Shown: positions 10,717 through 25,935, counted from the first letter of the whole stretch. The stretch: 63,109 bases of DNA, filler included, from Rhabdomonas costata (GCA_019059605.1; 39 parts of 39 records of this genome joined end to end with filler, not necessarily neighbours in it); one strand, 5' to 3'. Notes: generated by a model not told the origin, from the sequence alone. Translations and numbers: made by a program.

Positions 10717-13301
10717 GTGCGAGTCATAGCCCCCCCCCCTTCTCTGTCTCTGTCCCTGTGCTCTGGGGTCACGAATGGCTCTCCACAATAAAGTTAGAAA
10801 CACTCTATTTCCGTCATAAATAACTGCTGGAGGTAACGCAGTGCTCCTTTCCCGGTTCCTACCGTACGGTATATTTAGCCCCGCTCTCCTTGCAGAAATC
10901 TCCGTTTTCTAGCAACCCGGAAGGCAAGACAGAGCACCACAGCACAGCACCGCGGGATGCAATTTTCCCGACACACAATGTGAAAATAAACGGTGAGAAG
11001 TATCAGAGCGGTTGTGATGAAACTGGTGGCTGCGCATGGAGCTGTAAGCAGACAGGAGTTTCGACGCAGAATAAAGTCTGTGCCAGTGTCTTAGTGTATC
11101 TTGCTCAAGAACCGGCAGCTAAAATTCAGCCCCACACATGACCCTGCACTCATCCGCCCTCACCTGGTCGAGGGACCACACTTACCGCATTTCCACGCAC
11201 GGGGTATGGACGCCGCAGCGCAGAACCCCCAGCGGCGGTGGCGATGGNNNNNNNNNNNNNNNNNNNNNNNNNNNNNNNNNNNNNNNNNNNNTTAATTAAT
11301 TAANNNNNNNNNNNNNNNNNNNNNNNNNNNNNNNNNNNNNNNNNNNNTGTGTTTTTGCAGCATTAGAGGGTGATGCACGGGCGGGGTGTGGAGCCACCAT
11401 ACTGTGTACCTCTTCACACCTCTATTGTCTTGTCTGGACCCCCAACTGCTTCTTGAGCCCGCTTTACATAACTCGAACGAGGTGCCGCAGACGCAGAAAC
11501 CACTTGACGTGGTCATTTTCTCCTTCTTTGGAATCAGAAAGGGGGTGTGCGGGTACACATTTCACTTTCTTTTGCCTCGCCACCGGAAATCTCACTCCTC
11601 TCCTCTCCGCGTCATAGCAAGCAACAAAACCTCTAAGAAGGTCTGGGTCCGTAAAATACACTGAAAGCAGTAAGGGTCCCCAAGATACACTTGATAGGGG
11701 GGGTCCCCATAATGCCACTCGCCTGATATTTATTGTGGGTCCGCACAATACGCTAAGATGGCAACAAAATACGCAAGGCCAGCTAATGTACATGGGGGGA
11801 AAGGCTTGAGATTAGGGTGTGAAGGTAGTGGAAAACGAGCGAGAAAGAGACAGAGAAAGAGAAGGCGAAATGAAAGGAAGAGAGAAGAGGAAAACGGAGC
11901 AGGGGCTGTGACGAAGAAAAAGAACAGTAAAAAATTTGGAAGGGAGTGAGTGTGTAGCGAAACGTTGAGTGTCTTGTGAATTTTTTCCGATAACTCCGGG
12001 AATTCGATGCACTTTCATCGCTGTTCCTTCTGTCTCAATGACCCTGTGTCCCTGGACCACCCGGGATTTCCGCCCCAGTTGTTGCCGAATGCTTTATTGT
12101 GCTCCTCTGTGTGGATTTCAGTGCCCCCAGTGTCCCTCCTGTCTGGGGCTTCCAGAGCACCGCGCCGTTGTGCGGGTAGCTCTGCAGTGGGACTATGCGC
12201 TGGTGGCCCTCTCCAGTGCTGACCGCCGGAACTCGCTGTGCTGGGGGGAGGCTGACCTTCCGCGGGTCAAGCTTGCCCTGACCACGGTGAGGGTAAAACA
12301 TCATTGGGAGGCACTCCCAGTGTTTGGCCTGGGGACCGGCGAAGGGGGCACCTTCCTCGGCCGCCTTTCAAGGTGTGCTGTTGTCCAACGGCTGCGGTTT
12401 TTTTTCTTTTGTACCAGTGATGATGATGATGACCTTTCTTTGCGGAGACCAACCTCTCCCATCACTACCGTGTTGCTCTTTCTTGTGGTCCCATTCGGAT
12501 TCCTTCTGCCCAACTGCCCAGCAACCGTTTGCAGCATTTAATTCTTTGTTAGGCTTTGTTGTGCATTGCCGTGGCTGGCCGTCGCCGCTTTTTGAACGAC
12601 TTCCGTTGTATAGTTTTGTGTATTTTCGTCTTTCCTTTTGAGCCATAACTCTTGGGAGGGTTGGATTTTTTTTGCTTGCGTCAGGCTGGTTTGACCTTTA
12701 TAAAGAATGCTGTGCTTCCCGTGATGTTCACACAGAAAGCATGGTTATTCCCTCTCTTTGGGGTGCAGTCTCCGCAGATTTGGGGTGGAGCTCGCCGCGG
12801 TTGCCGTGCAAAACTCAGGCCTGAGCCAGGAGCTCCTGGGCCGGGACTTTCCTCCGGTGCTTTTCCTANNNNNNNNNNNNNNNNNNNNNNNNNNNNNNNN
12901 NNNNNNNNNNNNTTAATTAATTAANNNNNNNNNNNNNNNNNNNNNNNNNNNNNNNNNNNNNNNNNNNNGGGGTGCATTTAACATGTCAGTCCCGGCACGG
13001 ACACGTTAAATGCACTCACCCAGGAAATGGCCCATAAATTGTCGCTTGCCAAGGTTTCCGACAGCCGTGGCTTCACGAGGAAGGAACTCTACGACATAAA
13101 AAACCCAGTTGAAATGCCTCGTTACCTTTGCTGCGCTTCAACCCGGGTTTTCGTGCATTCATACTGTCTGCACGTGGCCCTTGAGGTCAAACAAAACATT
13201 TCCAAAGTTTCTTGTGAGCCCAACTTTATCTGCGTAGCTATCCAGATGAGTGATAGTACTTTTTCTCTCGGAAACCAGTCTGAAGTTAAAAAAAAAAGTT
13301 A

Positions 13302-14375
<1,074 letters not shown>

Positions 14376-14589
14376 TATGAGTGGGAAAGAGGCTTTGGGT
14401 TGACGGTGAGATGCCCTCGAGGCTGGAAACTCTCCAGACACACACCCTAAAAACAAAAAGAGGGAGCCTGAGTAATCCAAAAAAAAACCNNNNNNNNNNN
14501 NNNNNNNNNNNNNNNNNNNNNNNNNNNNNNNNNTTAATTAATTAANNNNNNNNNNNNNNNNNNNNNNNNNNNNNNNNNNNNNNNNNNNN

Positions 14590-15880
14590 GGGGGTGTTGT
14601 ACATGATATTCAGTACTGTGAAGTTCTCTGAATCGCACCAGAAGCTCAGGCTGGAGCCGGATGGAACGGCGGAGCCCACCCCCAGAGTTGGCCCCGAGGG
14701 GCCCACCTGAAGGTGCCCGCAACTTGGAAGCAAGGCCACCGTCAGGTCAAAGCTCACCGGAATCACCAAGGTGCTGGAAGGGAGGTAACCAATCACAATG
14801 TACGGGTTGTTGGTATGTGAGATATTTGCCGCCACAATGCTGTGTCGGGGTACTGAGGCCCTTGAACAGGGGGCATGGTTCAGATTTCTGGCGTCGGCCA
14901 GGGAGAGGAGAATGCCCTGGGCGCACACAGCGGTGAGGCCGTCAGGGGAGTCCGTGTCGTCGTCGAAATGCCACTGCGCCAACAACCCCGGGAAATTCTC
15001 CGGGACTCTGTTCCACGCACACGCGCCAAATGCAACCCAGAAGCAAGTAAGGTCACATCCATCGCAATGCATCGCAATGGCGATAGGCGAGAACGCGGAG
15101 CTTCCTGCATTATGCAGTATTATTTCTAATGTGCTGTATTGCAGAACTAGGGCGTTCGTTTTGTTTGCTGACTGAAATCCCAACCGCTTTTTGCCCTGGA
15201 CACCCTGGTGTGAACTGTGCTCCATCGCTATTGTTCATATTCTGTGTTTTCTCACCTACCCCTCCACTTCTCTCTCTATTGGAAATAATGGCAATGCTTA
15301 TTGCAAGCAGTAAGGGTGAGCTATGAGTGCCTCCAAGGACAACCTGCGATGCATATTGCTCTTCAGCATCTGCCCAGTCACAGTGATGTTCCAGACCCGA
15401 AGCTCATCGACATACCTGAACACAAGAAAAGGACAAAATGGGACGCACTGTTGAGGTGAGAGGGCAAAACACCCGAGATAACCTACAATAACCTTCCCTC
15501 ACAAACTCTGTCTCGTCGCGCTTTCCCGTTATTGCAGAAAAACTGTGGACATAATCATGTTTGCGCGAAACGCGGGCACACATGAGAAGCATTCGAGACA
15601 AATGGGACATGGTACCCTGTCAAGCTGCTGGTGATGTCCGTGTTGAAGGAGTTTTCAGAGAACGAGGTGACGTATTTCGCCACAACCAGCGCCAGCCCAG
15701 AAGGAAGGGGCCCCCACTCCATGGAGGTGTCTGTACCCACCTGCTGCCCGTCCACGAAGAACTCCACCACTGAAGGACTCACGGACACCGCGAGGTGTCT
15801 CCACGCTGAGGAGGGTGGAATGCTCAGCTGGTTCGCCGCGCTCCCAACGTAGTACCTGAGGGGAATGGAGAGCAGCTGTT
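14590..15880 (-). CDS. LamG/concanavalin-like jelly-roll domain protein, multi-exon fragment
   Basis: WRHLAVSVS..VEFFVDGQQVG, then GYVDELRVWN..QMLKSNMHR (exon ~15415-15344), then GLLAQWHFDD: the classic LamG-3 motif order. Confidence 0.8.
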
Positions 15881-16224
15881 GCAGCACACAAGCAAAGAAG
15901 AAAAGAACCAAATATGCGGAAGTAAGCGAAGACACCACATACGTTTTGCTAAATTTCTTCTTGTGCAGTTCTGATTTCACTAAAGTTCCTTACTAAAAGT
16001 AACCGCCCGCCCCGCCACCATGACACGGCACAGTAGTCTTGACAATCAAAATAGCAGCCTTCGAAAAACGCAGCACCGAAAGAAAAGCAGGGAAACTGTT
16101 ACCCAAAACCNNNNNNNNNNNNNNNNNNNNNNNNNNNNNNNNNNNNNNNNNNNNTTAATTAATTAANNNNNNNNNNNNNNNNNNNNNNNNNNNNNNNNNN
16201 NNNNNNNNNNGGGGGTTTGGGTAC

Positions 16225-16348
16225 GTTCTGCGCCAAAACTCGAGCTCGAACAGAGGTCCAGGGCGGCGTCCCTTTGCCTCCAGTTCCTTGATCTGCGCGG
16301 AAGAGTCCATCACCATCAGCTTCCGGGCGTGTGCCATCCACTCGGCAG
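16225..16348 (-). CDS. Dynein heavy chain N-terminal region (DHC_N1) exon
   Basis: EWMAHARKLM..DSSAQ..PGPLFELEFWRR matches the DHC_N1 motif W...GPLxELxFW, and is flanked by AG and GT. Confidence 0.65.
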
Positions 16349-18169
16349 CTGTGGAAGCATCGGGACACATTGCGGCACTAGGTGGGATGGGAACAGGGAG
16401 GGACAACCCACAAGCAGACCTGAGCTCCAAACCACGGTAGGGGCCGTTCGCAGAAGACGATAACCCCCCCCCCCGTCATCTGCTGATCCTCCATTATCAT
16501 CTGGATGTGATGGCAATGACATGAAAAGAGAATGTGTGAGCGCAGTGATGAAGGGGATTCAAACGTAAATAGGCATTGAACATTTCCACCTAATGTTCGA
16601 ACGCCGCATTAGGGCGTTTGAGAAGCGGAGCCAGAGGCATACTGCATTTTCTTTTTTTCGGCGGTGGGGGGGGGGGAGAAAATCAAGTCCCAAGTCAAAG
16701 AGGGTCACCGCAGAACCTGTATCCATGCCCACCGCTCTGAGCTCTGAATTTCCCTGCATCATTGCAAAAGGAAACCGTGGTGACTCCCATTTAGCTGCCG
16801 CTGTAATCACCGCGTGCAGCAGTCAGCACAGCCGCGTACAGCTCGTGGAAGAACACTATAGCAAAAACGTCCTTCCAAGAAACCCCCTCTCCAAAGAAAC
16901 TTGTACAGCACTTGACACCGGGGAACCCGGCGCCAAGCGCTGTTGGTTGGAGGAGGGGGAGGAGTTCAGCCACACAAGGGAGCACAGCAAAGAATTGCAT
17001 GGACAACTGAGGAGCAGAACACACAAAAAATGGAAAGGTACACAGACATGCCAAGAGACTGCTTGAGAGAGAGAGAGAGAGAGCGGGAGGGAGAAGGAGA
17101 GGAAGGGTTGTCCCGGTGGCACAGTGGAGCGCTCAGCGTGGGGACGCTCGGGAGTTTTCCAGTGCCAACTCAAAGCGACCCGCGTATTGGGGAGAGAGAG
17201 ATGGAGAAAGGCGCAAAAAAAGGGTGCAACTGCAAACCAACGATATTTTGGTCAAAACGAGCCGAGGAAGGCTCAGGGGGCACACGCACTCATCGGTCCG
17301 CATCCAGGGAGCCCCAAAGGTCAGCAATTGCAAGGGGATAAGACCGCGTGTCATTCATCCCCGCGAGAAAAAGGAAAAAAAACGCCCGGGAAAAGCCAAG
17401 GACGGGAGCAAGGAGGATTGCCCAAAGGCCATGCCAAGGGCTGCACCCCCTCTCTCCCGCGCTCTACCGACAAGCTTATCATTATCAGTGCCTGCTTCCC
17501 GTACCCCTTCTCACTCCCAGACATCCTCATCCGGGCGCCACGCGTTCGGATACTACCAAATCCGGCCACTCTATCTCGCCCCACATTTGCCCCTGCCCTT
17601 AGATATACATCTTCCGCTTGCGGAAGAACAGAAAGAGCACCACGACCTGTGCGAGAAGATTGAAGGGTGTGGGAGAGTAGGAAGAACCGCACCTTTATCG
17701 CCATCGGTATCACTGTCTTAAACCCACAAAANNNNNNNNNNNNNNNNNNNNNNNNNNNNNNNNNNNNNNNNNNNNTTAATTAATTAANNNNNNNNNNNNN
17801 NNNNNNNNNNNNNNNNNNNNNNNNNNNNNNNGGTGTGGGGGTCATCTTCGGCAAGTGCCTCATTGCCACCGTCAGAGTAGAGTGTTTTTTCTGTGACAAG
17901 GTGCGAGACTGTGGACACAAGATGCACAACCCTTTCAGGCGCAAAAAAAAATATGAACAAGGAAGGGAAAGGCCCCACCCCTTGAACCCACCCCATTCCT
18001 GTGCTCAGATGCCCCACAATAATGGGGAATAAGGCAAGCACGCATTTTTGGCAGAAATAATCGCAAAATTTCGGAAAAATGTTTCTTCTCCACTATCAAA
18101 AAAAATTCCGTAAATAAATTCTGTAAATAATGATAAAATTGATCCCAAAAGAAAAAGACAAAGTGCATA

Positions 18170-18750
18170 CCAAGCGTTTTAGTCCAAGGGGAAATGGGAC
18201 GACCTTCGGGTTATCCCTCAGTCGATACGGAACATTGCAAGCGAAAACCCGCAGAATCTTCGGCGAGCGAAGAATCCAAGAATCGAAATGAGAATGATCA
18301 CCACAATGAATGAGGAAGAAGCTAACGTTGAGGATCGGAAGAATACCCCGCAAAGTGGCAACCCGTTTTGCTGAGTTTGTGTTCACAAGAATAATGGAGC
18401 GATTCTTGTATCGTGCTGGATCTTCCCTGGAAAAAAGATGAAAATTGAACGAAAGGGCTTGGTCTGCCCCATAATATTTACCATCGACTTTCAAGATACG
18501 ATAGAAAACAATCTTGACATTTTCAGGTGTGGTGGTAAAACCAAAAGGAATATACAATACCCGATTGCAAAATCAGAGAAGCGACCAATGTCGTATCCAC
18601 AAAAAATCGAATCTCCAGAAGCAGGGGAACCGTAAAATGAGGGCCCCTTGGCGAACTGTTCAAATGATATCCACTTGGCCGTGCTTCGAAAGAGTTCTTT
18701 CGAAAGACAACGTGGCAGGCCACCGGATAGTTCGGAGGTTTGAGAGGGGT
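18170..18750 (-). CDS. Putative glycosyltransferase-like (exostosin/GT47-like N-terminal region) fragment, with an apparent frameshift near 18557
   Basis: FFLIHCGD...WILRSPKILRVFACN...NPKVVPFPLGL followed by a GTATGC donor. The family call is tentative. Confidence 0.35.
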
Positions 18751-19161
18751 CAAGAAGGGATGAGCAAGTTTGGTTAGGTGAGGGGGCAGGCAATATTCCA
18801 GCTCGATGTTCCAGCGGGAGCAGTTGCTCGAGCCACTCTATAAGCTTCCGGCAACCTGAAAATGAAGACACGAGCACACCACAAAAAAAGTGCGGTTTTC
18901 TTTTTTCATAAAATTTACCCTTTCTGTGGCCATCTTTTAACTCGGCGGTTCACCAGACCTACACTGAAGCAGCGCTTTGGGAGGCCCAGTGAACATACAA
19001 AAGACCCCGGGCCTGCTTCGGCTTCGTCCTCAAGAACAAGGTAGGTAGGGGAAGAGCATTTCTGAAGTATATACCTGAATTTTTGGCACTGGACTCACAT
19101 CTCAAGTTCGACCTCTAAACTGAAATGAATGTCAGTAAGTCTCACCAGGACCCTTGAAAGG

Positions 19162-19215
19162 GTAAAGTAAAGTAAAGTAAAGTAAAGTAAAGTAAAGTAA
19201 AGTAAAGTAAAGTAA
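19162..19215 (+). repeat. (GTAAA)n microsatellite, about 11 units
   Basis: Directly visible perfect pentamer tandem. Confidence 0.95.
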
Positions 19216-20399
19216 TGGGTAAAGCAAGGCCACTCTGATCGACGGAAGCACAGGAACCCAGTTGGCACCGCCCAACGACAAACTTGACAGAACAAACGGA
19301 AGAAAAAAGCCGAGTCCCAAAGTGAGAAGTACCTTTTTCCTGTAACAGTTTTNNNNNNNNNNNNNNNNNNNNNNNNNNNNNNNNNNNNNNNNNNNNTTAA
19401 TTAATTAANNNNNNNNNNNNNNNNNNNNNNNNNNNNNNNNNNNNNNNNNNNNTGGTTGTTAGGGGTCAACTTCGGGCAGCCGCAACTCTCTGCCGTCGTG
19501 GGCTACAATGGAGATGGAATTTTTGGGAAGGGGTGGCGGTGCACCATTGCCATTGATGGAAAAAGCTTTCGTCCCCGTGAGAATTTCAAGTTCAGAAATT
19601 CTTTTATTTCGGGATTACAATAGAAATGACTGTAGTCCCCAATCCATAGGGAAAAGGTAGGTAACTGGCTGATACCCCTCAGCTGGCCACACCAGACCGA
19701 TTGTGAGGAAAGCAAGCAAGTCAAAAAAGACGAGTGCACCCATTGATGGGATACTACCACCTCCTGAATTCACCCCTAGCTGTACGGCTGAGCGGTTTCT
19801 TCATTTGGTCGAATCTCCAGGACATCATCAACGGTGTGATCGATATAATGCTGAGCACCTGGTTCTTGTGACCAGTGGTAATATATTAGTATCGCATAAA
19901 AATATCAGATAGAACTTAACAAATGGTTTTGTCTGTTTATCTCAGGATAGGCCTGCAGCTTTGGATGCTGCGGTCTCGACGCTTTCGCAGTATGCACTGC
20001 AGCTCATTTCTCACCTTTCTGCATTCTTTAGGTGGGGGACGGGATTTTGGAATGACCTTGCTTTTGCCTTCTGGTTTGCCGAAATCCAGAGATTCTGGTG
20101 TTTCTGTAGTATTCGAAAATTACAAACTCAATCCCGGAATTGAATTCCTCAGATGACAAAGTTGGCATGGGGACTTTCCTGTTAAAGATACACTGAAACG
20201 ATTTGAGCCTTTTCATTCCTTTATGATAGCATCTTCAGGAAAATACAGTCAGTCAAGAAGGAAGGTTCCGTTTTCAGTGTTCACATCACCCTAGAAAGAT
20301 CCATCAAGCTCACCGAAAGCAACCCCTCCAAAACTGGAATGCCTGACGCCTCGCGCGCCTGTGTAGAACCGGTGCTTGGGAGTCTGAGTGCTTGGGGTG

Positions 20400-20869
20400 C
20401 ATGAGGATGTCGGAGAGCTGGGGGGGGGGGATCGTGCAAGGCTGGACCTGATGTCCCATAACCACCAGCTGCAGGCCGAGCTGCGCGCGTCCAGAAAGGA
20501 GCTAACTTCAACCAAGATCGTGGCAGAGACGCTGAAGGCTCAGGTCTCGCATCTAATCCACACCCTTCAGGTGCCCTCCCCCCCCTCCCCTGATGTCATG
20601 GTGTCTCTGCGATTGCAACATCTGATTGTGATTGCAACAATGGCGTCCACACCAGTTTCGGTCCATCACGAAGCACCCACGAATAGGAGGGAGACAGCGA
20701 CCAGAAACGTAAGGGTGGTAGAATGTGGGTTGCAGATGGCAAACCAGAAGATTGCGGAGCAGCGCGAGGTCATCGAAGACTGCATGCTGGTCAAGGCTGA
20801 ACTCCAGCAGAAGCTGCAGTGGTGTGATCACGAGCTTGCCGCCGCGAGGCTCGCCGCAGCCGCGGATAG
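20400..20869 (+). CDS. Coiled-coil protein exons (~20400-20570, 20736-20869), function unknown
   Basis: Heptad-rich peptides (LQAELRASRKEL...; MANQKIAEQREVIEDC..LQQKL) with CAG|GT and CAG| boundaries. Confidence 0.55.
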
Positions 20870-21073
20870 GTGTGTCTTGCTTGTTTGCCCCTTTTCTAGA
20901 AGCCCCGAAGAGGCCCGAAGAATCGGAAACTGGATCAACCTCAGGGGCGCGATCTTATTTTAGGTAACCAAACNNNNNNNNNNNNNNNNNNNNNNNNNNN
21001 NNNNNNNNNNNNNNNNNTTAATTAATTAANNNNNNNNNNNNNNNNNNNNNNNNNNNNNNNNNNNNNNNNNNNN

Positions 21074-22594
21074 TTGTGGTTGTGGACCGCGTGGGGGTCC
21101 TGGAGGACCTCTACGAGTGCGAGCTGTGGTTCCAGGACGGCAAGCGCAAGGTGCTGGAGTGCCTGATGGAGGCCTACGAGCACACGATTCACCGCGCGGT
21201 TTGTGATTTGGGCGCGGGTTGTAAACTCCATTTTTGTCCCGTACGGTTTTTCGACGGCAAAGGACCCGTCATGGGGCCCGTAACATTTAGTGGCAACCCC
21301 GAGTTGAATTTTATGGGAAGCTTTCCTCATGGTGCATCTCTACGCCTAGTTATGGCATCGTGAAGGATCTATAGGAGTGGGCTGCAATAGGAGTGGGCTG
21401 CAATGCTTGACTGAGTTTTCAGGTGCCCCAGAGGCATTATAAAAAGTTTTGGGACTTCATTTCGTGCCTTTTGGGTCTAGCTGGCCTCACGAAAAAGGGA
21501 TTCTTGTTAGAACACTATTGAGACACGATACCACAGGCCGCCATCTGTCTTAGTGTGATCTGCATGTGCGTGATCATTGTGAGCAGCAGGTTGTACCAAA
21601 ATGGGGTTGTGTTTGTGTGTTGCCGATCGCTGCATCCCTATTCTTTTTTGAGACATGCCTCTTCTGTAAACTGCAGGACCAGGAGAGATTGAAGAAGGCG
21701 ATGATGGATCTGATGGCCGCTCGGCCATTGCTCGACTTGGAGGGCGCCTACTTCTCTGAGAGCTACTCATCGGAAATTGTGGCCCTGGAGCTGCAGTACA
21801 GTCTGATGCGCGAGGAATGAAGCCCTTCCTCCCCTCGCTTGTAGATGCCGCCTCGATGACTGGTGGCTCAGATTCTCGCCCCAGGGCCTCAAGGCTTTTT
21901 CAACCTTTGCGGAGGCACTTGCACTTCTTTCGCCCCGTGTTACCTGTGGCTCGTTTTCTTTGCTGTGCTTCACACTATCGTAGGTGATCTCCTCTCAAAT
22001 CTCGGACGAGCGCCGAGTGGTGGCCAACATTTACAAGTCTTCCTCCATCACCCGAGATTTCAATGGGCTCGTGGGCTACCCTGACTCTCCGCTGCAGGTG
22101 AAGAGAGAAAGAGTGAGACGCACAGTGGCCCATCCAGCTGCCCAGACTCCGAAGGGACGCCTTGCCCTGAACTGCAAGAGCCGACTTGCTTTTACCACAT
22201 TAATTCCTTCTGTGATGCGTCGACTTGCCACCGCAGGCTACATCCATTTTTCACACAGAGACAGAGAGAGGAGGACCAGAGGAGTTTGAGATGCTTTGGA
22301 ATGAAGATATAGCAGGCTACATCGTAAACTGAGAGTTTTGCACATCTATGCAAAAAAAAGGATATTATGCACATTTTTGTGACCAGCGGCATAAATACAG
22401 GGTTAAAAGACTTTTTCGGTGTGTAACTAGGCTTATAATGTGCCATCAGTACGTGGCTCCGCCGAAAGATCCCGTCCCCCCACCCCCCTCACTTTCTGTC
22501 CAGGACTCCAAGCTGAACCAGCCCTTGTTCCCAGGTGCCTCCAACACTAATGTGCTGGAGTTTTACTGCTCCCTGGGGGACCTTCACTACCTCA
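21074..22594 (+). CDS. Conserved helical protein, tentatively CCDC162-like; exons ~21076-21198, 21677-21814, 21984-22097, 22504-22594
   Basis: Four phase-0, GC3-rich exons: DLYECELWFQDGKRKVLECLMEAYEH..|..MMDLMAARPLLDL..YFSESYSSE..LMRE|VISSQI... The exon structure is clear; the family name is from memory only. Confidence 0.55.
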
Positions 22595-23114
22595 NNNNNN
22601 NNNNNNNNNNNNNNNNNNNNNNNNNNNNNNNNNNNNNNTTAATTAATTAANNNNNNNNNNNNNNNNNNNNNNNNNNNNNNNNNNNNNNNNNNNNGTTTGT
22701 TGGTTTCCGGCAGCAGTCATGACAGGGTGTGCTGAAAAAGACCGTGCACTGCTATGCGCTGTTTTTTTTCCGCAGCGATACACTGTTTTTTTTCCAGATG
22801 TGCGAGTAGCAGCAGTTTTCCGCTTCTCAACTTCTACATGGCGTTGGTCACATCTGCGCGTCATGTATTTGCATACGTACACATTCACACTCATTACCTG
22901 CACCGGATGTCCCGGTCGACGTGGGCCACACGAGGACCGGGTCGAGCGGCTTCGATGAAGATGGCCGCGTGGGGCGTGGCCATCCGCCCAAAACATCCTG
23001 GAGGGAGGGGTGCACTGTCATGACTCCTGGTGTGTGGGGTAAATAGCCGGAGTAAAGGGGAGGGGGGGGGGTGGCCGGATACCCTGCACCTCTTCCTCCA
23101 ACCCGCTTACGCAG

Positions 23115-24081
23115 CTTACGATCTGGCACTTGGTGGACGATGACGAGGTCGAGCCCGAGCCTGAGGCTGTGTCGGGCTCGGCACACCTCAAGGACCGTGA
23201 GCAGCAGATTCGGCAGAAGATCCTGGCCATGGGCAAGGTACCTCCCCCTCCCGCCCCTGCCCGTTTTTTTGGGGTGGGGGCAATGCCCTGAACGCAGATG
23301 CGGAATTTTTCTCAAAATAGTCAAAATAGTGATACCAACGTTGTGACGAAAGAACGAGTGGAAGGTGGTGAACTTTTATCGGAAGGCTTGACAGACTAAA
23401 AAAGTGAAAAGCATCTCGATGGCGGGTTGTTTGTTCTCGGTGGGCGGAATGGGAGCACCGCTCGCCCCAGACCCGCCTCTCAACAGTCTCTTAAGGAGCG
23501 AGGAAATCCGGAAGGGTCGTGAAAAAAAGCTATGACTGCTATCGGATCGGCTGGGGCGGTCAGGTGGCGCGGATGTACAAGACTCTGAGGCAGGAGAACG
23601 AGAACATCCTGAAGCTCAAGGGGTTGGCCGGAGGGAACCTTCCCGTGGGTATTCTGCAAGCTGGCCCCACTGCCATCCAAGACGCGGTGCGTACCTGGAA
23701 GTGTTGCGCGTGTGTGTGTGTGCGCGCGCGGTACTGAGTCAAGACCTCTTTTCTTTTTTCTTTTTTGCATTTTCTTGCGCGGAATTTCAAATATAAGCCC
23801 ATCAAAAAGTGCACTGCTTTTCTTTTTCGTAATGGTGTCGCTTAGTATTAGCGGCCTGCATAACGTTTTGATGTTTTGTTGAGTTTGTACACCGCCTTGC
23901 TCTGGTTTTGCGGTACTCGTGGCTTTGCTTGTGAGAGTCGTGCTGAACCATTGAAGCTCAACCGACTGCTGTGGTGCCATTTCCCGCCCTTCAGTTGAAC
24001 AACTTCGAGGGCTCTCGCCTTGTGGACAAGATCAACGAGCGCCGCCCCGCCTACAACGAGTCCATGAAGGGCCGAGACTGA
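23115..24081 (+). CDS. Calcineurin A (PP2B catalytic subunit) C-terminal regulatory region; exons 23115-23237, 23564-23686, 23995-24081 (stop)
   Basis: IRQKILAMGK|VARMYKTLRQENENILKLKGL..LPVGIL matches the calmodulin-binding region, and FEGSRLVDKINERRP matches the autoinhibitory domain. Confidence 0.9.
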
Positions 24082-24449
24082 TGCCCCTGCGGAGATTGAG
24101 GCACCCACCTGTGTCTGCCTCCTCCTCCCATGTCTCATCTCTCTCCGTTCATTCCAGAATGTCAGATGTGAGAGGCCGGCAACCTGCCTTCCTTCCTCCA
24201 CCCCCCAAAAAACCCNNNNNNNNNNNNNNNNNNNNNNNNNNNNNNNNNNNNNNNNNNNNTTAATTAATTAANNNNNNNNNNNNNNNNNNNNNNNNNNNNN
24301 NNNNNNNNNNNNNNNTTTTGGTTTTGATGAATGATGCACTACTGCAAACTTTCTGCGGCCCTTTCGTCCTCGGGTGCCTCGGGTGCCCTTTCTTTTGAAG
24401 AATACGGAACTGCGTTGCACCGATTCGGATGTTGGCTTTCGTTTCAGAG

Positions 24450-24826
24450 CTGAAAAAAGCCTTCGGTACTCTTTGCGTGCACCCTTAGCTTCTTTTTCGT
24501 CGCTGCTTGGACGGGTGGACGGTGTCCAGGGCGAGCCTGTGGAGGAGGTTCTGGAGGAACTTGCGGCGGAGCACAAGTTCGAGTCCCTCCGGAAGGACGC
24601 CCGGGTGTGCTCCGCCACGATGCGCAGGAAGGTGACCTTCAGTGCCCTGGCCCCGACGACGAGCATGTCCGGGGTGCTTCTGCCAAGCCAGTGCAGCGAG
24701 AACTGCGTGAAGAACTCCCCGAGGTGGGTTGTGGCCTGCCCCTCAGGGGCTTCGGTGTGGTTCCAGGAGAAGCTGGTCTCCCATCTCGAGACGCCCTGCG
24801 CGACACGTCGCGCCACTTCTCGCTCG
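24450..24826 (+). CDS. Probable exon of an unknown protein
   Basis: GC3-rich open frame (..EPVEEVLEELAAEHKFESLRKD..WFQEKLVSHLE) with a plausible GTAGG donor near 24827; no family recognised. Confidence 0.35.
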
Positions 24827-25935
24827 GTAGGCTTTGCCTCCTTTGTCGCCTGTTGCAGCAACGGGATCCCTCCCCTGCCCACCCATCCAATGGGCTTTAG
24901 TGGCACACTTCTGCAATGGCTTACGACTGTGCCCCAGGAAAAAGTGCTCAAGGGGATGCTTTTATCGTCATAGTGGTGTGCAGGGCTGAGCTGTTCGTGT
25001 GCTGCCGCAGGGAGGTCCCATATATCCCTTCCCCGTAACCTGCGCAATGAGTCGAGTGGGCGTGGCCTACCTGATGCATCATCCCCCCACAAGGTTTTTT
25101 TGTCCCATTGAAGAAGGTGTTAGGCTGAGGTGGGGGAGGACATAGAGTTTCTTTGGCGGTTTATACCGTGTATAAGCATGGGACTCATGAGTCCTGGCCT
25201 GTTGTCTGGTGAGCCGGCACCACACGCCTGACAACAGTGCTCTAGGCCTCTCCGCACTAGCACCCATTGGCTGCTAGTGTCAAATGTCAGGGACAGCCAC
25301 GCTGTCCTTCTTCTCTGGGTGGTTCCTTACCGTCCTTTAATCGTACATAATCAAACGCAAACAAAACTGTGAAACTATCACCCATCCAAACAAAAGCTTT
25401 TGGAACTCCACCGCCGAAATTCAACGAACCTGCCCAAACCATGTTAATCTTCCGAGCTTGTGGATCAGGCAAAGTACAATAACGACCGAATGAGGGTTGC
25501 CGACTTAACAACGAACCTTTTCAAGGGAACCCACCCTGGGCTGGAATGCTGTTCCTTTCTTGCAGTGGTGTCTTCTTTCGCGTGGCCTGTACCTGTCTGT
25601 CGTGTCCTTGTGCCGTCCGAGTGTCCGGTGTGCTACAGGGCACCCCTCCGCCAGCTCCTTTCCTACCCTCTTTGCCGAAGTTGAGGCAGCCCCCCCACAG
25701 CAGACCTAGCTGTCCGATGCCCTTGCCTTCCGCTGATGTATGTTATGATTTTTGTCAACGCCCTTCCTCCCCCATCTTATATTCACTTGAATTCCAAGGA
25801 TTGTTGCGATGTATTCAATGTCTACTCAGCTTGAANNNNNNNNNNNNNNNNNNNNNNNNNNNNNNNNNNNNNNNNNNNNTTAATTAATTAANNNNNNNNN
25901 NNNNNNNNNNNNNNNNNNNNNNNNNNNNNNNNNNN

